Shown piece by piece: positions 19,832 through 30,700 of a stretch of DNA of 48,649 bases. Source of the DNA: a virus (lineage: Duplodnaviria > Caudoviricetes); IMG/VR virus record IMGVR_UViG_3300044911_000889, positions 1 through 48,649 of that record, one strand, 5' to 3'. Position numbers and translations under genes: made by a program. Each line of letters begins with the position of its first letter. The stretch's first letter is position 1. Under the pieces are notes generated by a model, which did not search any database, was not told the origin of the DNA, and was given only the letters and a program-made list of their open reading frames with translations.

Positions 19832-21709
19832 ATGATGCAAACGCAAATACCAAGTGGTCTGCAAGCTCTGATGCAGGCATCTCAAGTTCTGTCTAGTCAG
19901 GCATCTCCCACTGCCCCCGGCCCTCAGGGGCCGCAGCCTACAATTGCTGAGCGTGTAAACCAGCAGATCAAGCAGGTTGCACAGCCTCAACCTCCTCAGG
20001 GTGGTATTGCTGGCCTAACTCCCAACATGCAAGAAATTGGCAAGCAGGCTGGTGTGGCGGGGCAGATCATGGCCCAGAGGCAAGCACAGCAACAGCAGCA
20101 GGCCCAGAATCCTCAGGCAGTGGCTCAGATGGCAGCACAGATGCTACAGAGCAAAGGTGTGGCTGGTCTGCCCTCAAACATGGGATTTAAAGAGGGTGGC
20201 ATCATTGGCTTTGATGGCGAGGAGCGCTCTGATGTTCCCGCGCCAAATGTGCCGGGCATGGACAAGCTGATGGAGATCATGAAAAATGCCGAGGGCACTG
20301 AGATTGCCTCCACAGACAATCAAGTTGCTTTGCAGGCCCTGGAAGATGCTCGGAAAAGACTTTATAGCTATGGATTAAAGCAAAGACGGGATGATCCAGA
20401 AGGATTTGTTGCTGCACAAAATCAATTTAATGCAGCAGAAAATGCTTACAGGAAAGCCAAAAGAGAACAGTTTTCTTCTGAAACAGGCCCCGCTGGAGCT
20501 TTAGGTAAAACCCTATCTCCTGCTGCGTCACCTGTTGCTGCTCAAGCTTATCCAGATGAGCTTCGTCGTGGTCGGGCAACCACTCCTGGTATTGGTATCC
20601 CTGCCGCCCTGCCTGTAAAAGATGCAGCAGTTAACCCTCCTCCGACTGCACCTTCTATGGCCGCTGCTACTGCCGCCGCCCCGGTAAAGGCTGGCATTCC
20701 AACGGTAACAATCCCTGAAACCAAAATTGACACATCTGGTATTGCGGAACCAACTATGAAAGGCGCACTTGAAGGTGCAAGGCAGATTGTTACAGGTAAT
20801 GCTGACCAAACAATTAAAGATCTAAAGGCAATCAGGGATGAGAGAGAAAAAATAAAAGCTGGCATGACTGATTTAAACGCTGAAGAAATTAAAGCGTTGG
20901 AAGAAGATAGGGCTGCTCGTAGACAGCTTGCTGCAAGCAAGGCAGAGCGTGATCAGTTCAACCGTGTCCAGTCATTCTTCCGAGATCTGTACACCAGGGG
21001 TGATAGTTACAGCAATGTTCAGGCTGGTATTTTTGCTCGGGATGAGGCTGAGCGCCTTGCTGAAAAGGAACACAAAAAGGCAGTTATCCTTTTAAAGAAA
21101 GCCCAACAGGCTGAGAAGCTTGGTGACCTTGATCGCAAAGCACAGTATCTCAAAGAGTATCAGGACATTAAAGACAAAGAGACCACCCTACTTACTCAGG
21201 CAGCGCAGATCTCTGCCAGGATTGATGAGTCCAAGTACGGCAAGAAGATGGATGCTGCAAGTACTCAGGCCCAGATTGATTCTGCCAATGTACGGACTGC
21301 GGTGGAGATTAACCAACGTAACCAAGCATTGCAGGCAAACCTTGATATTGAGAGGCAGAAGGTTGCCGGTATGTCTGAAGAGCGCAAGAACTCTAGACAA
21401 GGTCAGGCACTGACCGCCGCCCTTGGTAGATTGAATGACGCGACACAAAATTTAACCAAAGTGTCGAGCCAGAATGAAACAAAGTTGGCGATGAAGGATA
21501 GCAAAGATCCCACTGCACAGGCAATGTATAAACAAGCAGAGAAAAATGTTTCTACTGCGGAAGCCACTTACCAAGAGGCAAAGAGAGTTTTTGACAGCAT
21601 TGCTGCTGAAGCGCTCAAAGGCTATGCTACAACTCCGGCAAAGCCTGCTGGTGGTATAAACGCTGCGGCAGCAGCAGCAGAATTGGCCCGCAGACAACAG
21701 AAGCAGTAA
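19832..21709 (+). CDS. Coiled-coil putative internal virion protein
   Basis: 625 aa, Q/A/K/E-rich helical sequence; directly upstream of the giant gene. Confidence 0.65.
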   Translation: MMQTQIPSGLQALMQASQVLSSQASPTAPGPQGPQPTIAERVNQQIKQVAQPQPPQGGIAGLTPNMQEIGKQAGVAGQIMAQRQAQQQQQAQNPQAVAQMAAQMLQSKGVAGLPSNMGFKEGGIIGFDGEERSDVPAPNVPGMDKLMEIMKNAEGTEIASTDNQVALQALEDARKRLYSYGLKQRRDDPEGFVAAQNQFNAAENAYRKAKREQFSSETGPAGALGKTLSPAASPVAAQAYPDELRRGRATTPGIGIPAALPVKDAAVNPPPTAPSMAAATAAAPVKAGIPTVTIPETKIDTSGIAEPTMKGALEGARQIVTGNADQTIKDLKAIRDEREKIKAGMTDLNAEEIKALEEDRAARRQLAASKAERDQFNRVQSFFRDLYTRGDSYSNVQAGIFARDEAERLAEKEHKKAVILLKKAQQAEKLGDLDRKAQYLKEYQDIKDKETTLLTQAAQISARIDESKYGKKMDAASTQAQIDSANVRTAVEINQRNQALQANLDIERQKVAGMSEERKNSRQGQALTAALGRLNDATQNLTKVSSQNETKLAMKDSKDPTAQAMYKQAEKNVSTAEATYQEAKRVFDSIAAEALKGYATTPAKPAGGINAAAAAAELARRQQKQ

Positions 21710-21710
21710 T

Positions 21711-24700
21711 ATGGCAATCGATTACACAAAGTTCAGTGATGCGGACCTAAGAGCGATTGCTGCGAATGATGTTTCTTCGCTATCCACTGAAGCTTTGAGG
21801 CTGATCGCAGGCCAAGATGCGCCACCTGCCCCCAAACCACCCTCTACAGAGCGCACATTTGGTGAGGCCATCAAGGATGTTCCTGCCTCCCTGCTTACTG
21901 GTGCAGGCAGTCTTCTCCAGGCCCCCGGCCAACTTGTTAAGCTTGTTCCCGGCCTGAAGAGAGTTGGTGAAGCTCTTGAGGTTCCCGGCGAAGCTGTTCA
22001 GAGATTTGGCATTGACCTTAAATCCACTGGTTTAAAGGCCCGTGAAGCTCTGCGTAGCCAAGCTATGTCTGAGGCTGAGAAGGAAGGTGTCCTTAGTGAG
22101 TTTGCTACAGCAATCACTTCCACCCTGAAGGATCCTGCCCTCATCACATCCTTCATAACTGAACAAGTTCCAATGCTTCTTGGTCCTCTGGGTGCTGCCC
22201 GGCTGACCACAAAGCTTGGAATGGGTGCTGTTGAGGGTGCTGCTGCTGGTGCCGCCCGCGAGGCTGCTGCTGCAAAACTAGGCCAGAGGGCCACTGCCGC
22301 CGCCATCGGAACCGGCACAGCTATGCAGGCTGGCGATGTTTCCGGCGAAACCTACACCAACACGTTGAAACGCGCCCTGGAGATGGGCATGTCTCAACAA
22401 GAAGCTGAAGATGCAGCTTTAAACGCAGCCCGTATTGCCGCTGCTGGTGCTGGTGCTGTCTCTCTCGGTGCAACCCTTGGCCTGAGTAAGATTGGCGGGG
22501 CAGCAATTGAGCGCCGTCTTGCTGGTCTCCCTGGCAGGGGCAGGATCCAAAGTGGTGTTGGTGAAGCAACCTCTGAGACCCTGGACGAAGCTGGCGGTCA
22601 ACTCTTCCAGAACATAGGTATCCGTACAGTAGATCCCAGCCAATCTCTGACAGCAGGTGTTGGTGGCGCTGCTGCTATGGGTGCTTTGGGTGGTGGCTTC
22701 TTTGGCTCTATGTTGGGCAAAAGACCTGATGCTGATCTAGCTCCGGGCCAACGCCCTGGTGAGACTCTCCAAGAAACAGCAACCCGTTTAAATGCTCAGA
22801 TTGGTGCTTTGACTGAGCAGGCAAAAGAGTTTGATGCTGACCAGACCAGAACACAAGCTGGCCTGATGACCAACACTCAGTTGATCGACATGTATCGTGA
22901 CAAGGGTTACGGTGCAGTTAAACAGTATCAACAGCAGCTTGTGGCGCAGGCATCAGATCCCAATGTTCCACCCGAGCAGAAGACCGCTGCCCGTCAGGCC
23001 GCTCAGCAGATTGAAGATCTATTTAAACAGGTAGATCAAGAAGAAACTTCAAGGCGGGCAAAGGCTGAAGTATCCAACATAATCACCGACAAAGATGTCA
23101 CCATAAACCTAGGCATTCCAAGGAAAGACCCGCTCTACCAACAGCTTGTAAACAAGAACCTAGGCAGGCCAGAAGATGCTGAAGCGGTTATTCAGGCGCT
23201 TGAGTCCGCTCTTTCCCGCAAAGGTCTAAGGCAAACCCAGTATGAGCGGTTTAACACTGCCCTGTCTGTTGTAAACGAATATCTTGCCACCATCCCAGGA
23301 AGTGGGTTCTATGCTAGACCGTCTGTCGAACAACCAAGTGGAACAAGCCCTGTCGTGGCTGGCGTCACCGGTGCTGACACCGCCACCACAGGAGGTGGAA
23401 CATCTCAACCAAGTGGAGTGGTACCTGCTAAACCAGATGCTGCACAGCCTGCTGGCAGAAAAGCAGAGCCAACCACTCCAATAACTGAAGAGGCTGTTAC
23501 CCCGCAAGCAGTTGAGGAGAAGGTCAGTGAAGAAAAGCCTGCTGAAGAAGTTGCTGCGCCTAATGTACAAACTACCGCTGCCCAAGAAGCACCGGCACAA
23601 CCTGTTACTGCTCCTGTTGAAGTAGCAGAGGCACCCAAACCTGTTGCAAGCAATCTGCCTAAAGAGTTGGCAGGGGCTAAGCCTCGTTATTCCTACGGCA
23701 ATAAGCAGTTTCAACTTCAATTTAACTCTGACATCGACAAAGCGCTTTACATCACCGCCCAGAAGACACCTTCCCGGCGTGATGCTGACTACCGCTCTTG
23801 GCTTGAAGCGCAAGGATTTACACCTGATCAAATTGCCCAGGGCGGGCAACAGGTTCGTGAGGCTATCAAGGGTGTGGCGGCAAAGGCAGACCCTGCCACC
23901 GGCCCAATCAATCTGCCTGCTCAGACTAAGAAGAAAACCAAAAAGAGCATCCGTGCCGCCGAACCACTAACTGAACAAGATGTTGAAGGTCTTGGCGTTC
24001 GCCGTACTGCTCCAGCATTTAAACGTATTGTTGGCAAGACAATTGAAGAGGCTCGTGATGAGCTAAACAAGTACAGGTCACTGCCTGATCGTTACGTTTC
24101 TCAGGAAACTAAACGCAAGATTGCGGAAGCTTTGGGCGAAAAGGTTGCAGAGTCTGAAGCAAAGCCTGAAGTTAAAGAAGCTCCAAAGGAGAAGACCCAG
24201 AAGGATCTCATCCTTGAGCAGAGGGCAGAGTTGATCAAACAACTCGATGGCATCCTCAAGAAGATCCTTGCTAAGTACAACCTGACCGGCGTCACCCTTG
24301 ACCTCGATGAGAGCATGGCAGATGAAGGCTCCTATGGAGCGCAGATCATCAAGCTTGCTTTAAACGTAGATAGTCCAGTCAGGGTGCTGCGCCATGAGTC
24401 CATCCATGCTCTTAAGGATATGGGCTTCTTCTCTGATGCTCAGTGGAAGACCCTGGTCAAGAAGGCTCAGGATGAGTGGGTTGATAAGTACCTGAAGAAC
24501 AGGGAGCATAGCGCCACCCAATCGCGCTATGACGCATATGTTGAGCTTCTGACCAATGAAGGTAAAAACCCAACCGAGGTTCAGGAAGCAATCATTGAAG
24601 AGGCCATTGCTGATGCGTTTGGTGATTTTGATGTAAACGGTGCAACCCCTGGGTTGATGGCTGCCATCCTTAAGCGGATGAAGAACCTGTTTAAAGCAAT

Positions 24701-27700
24701 CAAAGAAGCCTTTGGTGTGGCAGGTATCGATACCGCAGAAGAGATCTTTGGCAAGATTGAGAAGGGTTCCCTGAAGCCTGAGATCCCGATGGGCAAAGAG
24801 CAGGCCCCCAAGATGAGCCTGCGTGGTGTGCCTATGTCCACCCGCCCCATCATGGAGTCCAGTCCACTTTTCGCCATGAATGAGCTTGGCCTTAAGACTG
24901 AGGGAGTCAAAAAGCCAGGGGGCATCTTTCTGTTCAATGATGTGCGCTCTATCGCCAATGCGCTTAACCGCGACACGGTTAATAACTACGGCACCATTGA
25001 CAAAGAAGACACCTCTGCTAACGCAAGGAATCTGATTGCAAAAGCAATCGCAGATGAAGTTGCCTATCAGGTTGGAACTACATCTCAGACCGGCACCGGC
25101 CTGGGTTGGTATTCAAACAACTACCCTAAAGCTGTAAAGAAGCTGGCCCGGAAGTACCCTGAGCTTGGTAACAACGAACATGCGCGGTCTGTGTTCTCTG
25201 CCCTAGTAGCCATCACATCCAATGGCGAGAAGGTGTCGCTCAACATTAAGAACGCCATCAATCTGTATGACAAGCTGCGCTCTGGGGAGCCAATGATTGC
25301 GCCCGGTTCGCGCCGTGCAACCGCCCTGGACAACAACTTGCAGATGGTGCAAGACCTTCTTGAAAAGCATGGCACCAACTTCAAGAATGTTCTTCTTCAA
25401 GAGATCCTTGTTAAGGACATGAACGCAGCCCTCAGGGCAATGGGCGAGAAGCCATCTGGCGATTACTTGGCTAACACCAAGGTGCCTGCTGCCGCCGTTT
25501 ACTTTGGACCCAAACTTGGAGCTTTCTACGCCAATCTGGAAGGTGCTGAAGGCTACCTGACAATGGACATGTGGTGGACACGCAGCATCAACAGGATGCG
25601 CGGCTTGCTGATGCCACAAGCCACAGAAAGTTCCATCAATAAATTCCGCGAAATAGCAGGCAATCCAAACATGACCCGTGACGAGGTGATTGCTTCAACA
25701 ATACCGTTGCGGGATCGTTACGAAGAGCTTGCTTGGACAACTGATCTTGAATACATGGTTGGCGAGAAGGAGCCTTCCACTAAAGATGAGAAGCCCGTAT
25801 GGACAGCCAGGGCCAAGCGCAAAGCAGGCCCTGCCTACGAGCAACTTAAGCTTGAGCATGATGTGATGAAGATGGCTAATACCATCTACAAGAACGAGTA
25901 TGAGATGCTTGAAGAGGCTCCCTTTGGGGCCAATGACCGTGAGTTTATGTATCGTGCTGTGCGAGAAGCGCAGAAGATGCTCAAACAAGACGGCGTAGAT
26001 CTAACACTAGCAGACATTCAGGCTGCCCTATGGTACTATGAGAAACGCCTGTACCAGCACTTGAGCGGAAGGAAAGCAGATGACATCGGATATGACGAAG
26101 CAATCAGCGCCGTGGCAGGAGAGAGTGATCGACCCGCTGGACCCTCTGTGGTTTTCGATCAGCAACCTGACCGTGGGGCAGACACCGGAGCAGGCGTCAA
26201 AGACACTGATGGAGTTCGTAGAGAGCCTCCCGAAGCAGGACAAGTAGAAAAGAAGAGTCTTAGAGGTGTGGTTGCAGAAGTTGCGCCAAACCCCGACATT
26301 CCGGTTGCTGCTAGCTGGAGACAGATGACGCAGGCCGAAAGGCTTGATGCAACAAGGTCTGTTGCCAAAAAAGTCATCGACCCTATTCTTTCAGACATGG
26401 GCCTGAAAGGGTATTCGTTTAAATTTTCATCTGGCAAGTATGAGGGGGAAGTAAACCCCAACATTCTGATTGAGGCTCCAGAGTCGGCCACAGTTGGTGA
26501 GCTTGAAGAGGTGGCCCGTGTTGTTGGTTACATTCTTGATCAGAAGGCGATGGTTGCCTATGACGAGTACAACACAGATTCTGGGGATCAGGCTGGATTT
26601 GTAAAAGTCATGATACCTGCCGGGATGGACGACAAGACAGTCACCCTGCTGCGTAACCACATTTCTAAAGAAGTTCCTCAGGCTGATGGTGACACCTTGC
26701 GAGATGGGTCACTTGTGTACGGCAACTTCTCGGCGTACAACGACAATGTTGACACATTGAGTGATGAGGAATATCATGACGCAATTGTTCGCGCTATCGA
26801 GGACTTTGACTACAGCGAAAACATCAAGGTTTCGGACCCTCTGAAGTTTCACAGTCAGTTGGTCTGGCCGGACAACAGAGAGTCTTATTTGGAAGGAACG
26901 CGCTATGGCGAAAGTGGAACGATTCGTGGTGGAGAGGGGTCAGATGTTTGGCGGCAAAGGCGCAGCCGTTTGGAGGCCATCTCAGAACAAGCAATCGCCC
27001 TCAGGGACAGATGGATCGACGCCCGAGGCGCTGCTCGCATCGGAGGTAGAGCAGGCGATTCTGCGGCTATCAGCACAAAACCTACCGCAGAATACGGAAA
27101 ATCAATAGATGGCTCAGAGACTGCTGTTGGTGTTCATTTCAGTCAACAGCCAAGAGCCACTCTCGACTCGCAGTTTTACGGTGCCGGTTTGCGCGGCATG
27201 GAGCGAGAGCGTCTTGAGGGGCAGCCAGATATACGCAACCGGATCTACTTCTATGTAGACACAGGCAAGGGCGTATTTCCTGAGGCAGGCGTTGGTGGAT
27301 CTCCACATGTAATACGTCTCAACAATCTTTACAACGTACTCAAAGATGAGCTTGACCTTGTAAAGAAAGCCAAAGGAGATACTGCTGCTGAAAGAGCAAA
27401 CGCTTGGGAAAAGGCAATTAAGAATGCCGGTTTTGATGGCTACTTCTTCCCAGATCCTCTTCAGCGGCAAGGCTATGCCGTTCTGATTGGCAAGCATCGC
27501 GTTGAGACAAAGTTAAGCCTGCGCTCTGAGTCTCCTGAGTTTAAATTCTGGTTTGGCCAATCCAAAATCGTTGATGAGGATGGTAAGCCGAAGGTTATGT
27601 ACCACGGCACCGGCAAGGACTACACAGTTCTTGGCACTGGCCGCCGTCAAGCAAAGGCTATCTTTGTAACTGATGATCCAGAGTTTGCTCAGAAGTTTGC

Positions 27701-30700
27701 TATCGACACGTTTAACCGTGCAGCAGAGGAGGCGGCACAGGGTGTCGGCATGTCAGAAGAGGCTTACAAAAGTGGTGTAGCCAGGGCCATTGCCGCCGTT
27801 AAGAAGGACTACAAGAATCTGCCTGAGGGTAAGGCAATGATTGAGGGTATCCGCAAAGGATACGCTGATGCCAGCCCCGAGGCTCAGGAGTACATGAGGA
27901 ACGCCTTCAGGGACGCTCTTCCTGCTGGCCCCAACATCCTGCCCATCTACGTCAAGGCAGAGTTCCCATTCGACTACGATAACAAAGATCATGTAAACGC
28001 AATAATTAACAAGCTTGGCAACACTTTTGATAGCAATGGTTGGTTAAAAGAAAGAGGACTTTCTAGAAACATCTTTTTTGGCGCATGGGAATTGATTGAG
28101 CGGCCAGATGTTCAATCCGTTATTCGTGAACTTGGCTTTGACTCTTTTTACGTCAAAGAGGGTGGTAGAAAAAGCCTTGCCGTTTACAGCCCCACACAGA
28201 TCACATCTGCTACCGGCAATGTGGGTGCTTATGGACAGCGTCCTATAACTGCTGAAGAGGCTGGCCGGTTTGGCATGACCGAAGAGCAGGCAGCAGAAGC
28301 ACAGGGGCGTGGTGACATCCGGTTCAGCCTTCGTTCCACCCTGCCTGCATCTGCCATCAGTGCGATGGATAAGATTGCTCCTCCAAGGTACAACCCTGGG
28401 TTTGCAGAGCGGATGATGAATGCTGTGTCCGGCGACACATTTACATCTATCCGGCAAAAGCTCATCAACCGTTACGAAGCTCTTGCATCTGTTGACCGCC
28501 GTGTTGCCAAGATGCTTAAGCAGATGGGTGGCGCACCACAGCTTGCTGGCTCCAGGGCCGAGACCGCAGCCCTCATGTCTGATCTTGGGGCAGGTGTCCT
28601 TGAGGCAGCTATGGGTGTACACAACGGTATCGGTGGCGCTCCCATCTACCGCAACGGTGTAACCACTGTGTCCGACTACAACGGTACAGTTAAAGGTCTG
28701 CTTGAAATATATAAACCCATTGCCGCGATGAAGGATCCTGATGCCTTCCGGATGTATCAGACCTGGGCAGCAGTTAAACGAGGTGTAAGGCTGGACGCAG
28801 AGGGCCGTGAAGACCTAATCACAGCAGCAGACATCCGCTCAATCAATGACCTGCGCCGTAGCAATCCAGACCTGATCAAAACTTTTGAGTCGGTACAGAA
28901 AGACTGGATCGCCTACAACAACGCCCTGGTCAAGTACCAAGTTGATACGGGCGTCCTATCGCCGGAGATGGCAAAGGAATGGACCAAGCATGGTGACTAC
29001 TTCCCCTTCTATCGCTTGATGGAGGGTGAGGACATTGCCGGGCCTAAGGTGTTCTCCTCCATAGGTAATGTCAGCCGGGGTAAAAAGCTCAAGGGTGGCG
29101 AGAATCCTTTGGGTGATTTCTTTGAGAACATCGTCAGAAACAGTCAGGCTGCCATCCAGGCTGGCATGAAGAACATTGCCGCTCAGACCGCCACGAAACA
29201 GGCAATGATGCTGCAAGAGGTTACCCGTTTAAATTACAAGCCCAAATCCCATGAGCAGGTTTACAGGGTGTATGAGAACGGCAAAGAGGTCTACTACAAA
29301 GCCCACGATCCTCTGTTCATTGAAGCAATCAAGGCTTTAAACATGGCAGACATCCCCTTCATGGGGTTGTTGGCTAAGCCTGCGGCAATGCTGCGGAACT
29401 TGGTGACCAAGGATCCTGCCTTCATGCTGGCAAACATGATGAGGGACTCTCTGTCTGCATGGGCCACTTCCGGTGTCAAGATGACTCCGATGATTGACAC
29501 CTTTAAGAACTTCGGCGCAGCCATTGCGGGTAAGTCTCCAGAGCTTAACGCCCTGTATGCTGCTGGTGTTCTGGGGGGATATGACTACGCCCGTGGAACT
29601 AAGCAATCGGCTGAAGTGTTTGAGACAACCTTGCGCCGTCGTTCAGGGCAGATGACCCCCTTTGAGGTTGGAACTAAGCCGTTTACATCTCTGTGGGAGG
29701 CCCTGGAGAAGGGCACTCAGGCATCTGATGCCGCCACCCGGATGGAGGTTTACAAGAAGACCCTGGCCTCTACAGGTAATGAGCTAGAGGCTCTGTCTGC
29801 CGCGCTTGAGGTGATGAACTTCAACCGTAAGGGCAACTCAGCAATCATCAGGATTCTGACCGCTGCTGTGCCGTTCCTAAACGCCAGGATCCAGGGTCTG
29901 GACATTCTGTTCCGTACCGCCATCATGCCGCTTGGAGGGAACGCTACAGACCAAGCCCGTCAACGCATGAAGACCTTCTGGGTCCGTGGTATGACCATCA
30001 TGGCCCTGTCCAGTATGTATTGGCTCCTCACCCACGATGATGAGGAGTACAAGAAGCAGGAGCAGGAGACCCGTGATAACTACTGGCTGATCCCCTCTCT
30101 GGGTGTGAAGATCCCCATCCCGTTTGAGGTTGGTGTGATGTTTAAAGTCATACCGGAAAGGCTCATGCAGTTGAGCTTCGGTACAGACACCACGAAGGAC
30201 TTCACTGACTCCATGAAGCGTCAGCTTGTAAGCACCTTCGCGTTTAACCCGATACCTCAGGTGGTTCTGCCTCTCTATGAGACCAAGACCAATCATTCCT
30301 TCTTCACTGACCGGCCCATCATCGGCAAGGGCCTGGAGAATGTGGCTGACAAGTATCAGGTTGGACCCAGCACCTCCCGTGTAGCCCAGATGCTTGGAGA
30401 CTCCGTCAACTACTCGCCCATGAAGATCGATCACCTGATCAAAGGGTACACAGGAACCATCGGCTCCTATGCATCAGACCTATTTGACATGATGTATGAC
30501 ATGGGTGCTGATGCTCCTAAGGCGTCTAAACGCTTTGAGCAGATGCCTGTGATTAAACGATTCCTCGTAGACCCTGAGGCGCGGGGAACAGTTACAGCGT
30601 ATTACAAGCTAAAGGATGATGTAGATCAGGCTGTCAGGACAACAAACCTTCTTGAGAGATCAAACAACTTCGAAGAAGGAACGAAGTACACCCTGGAGAA

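Noticed and set aside
23644-23970. Additional +1-frame ORF in the giant gene (also 28420-28662)
   Set aside because: Overlaps apparently folded host-frame regions, lacks a convincing RBS and has shadow-like composition
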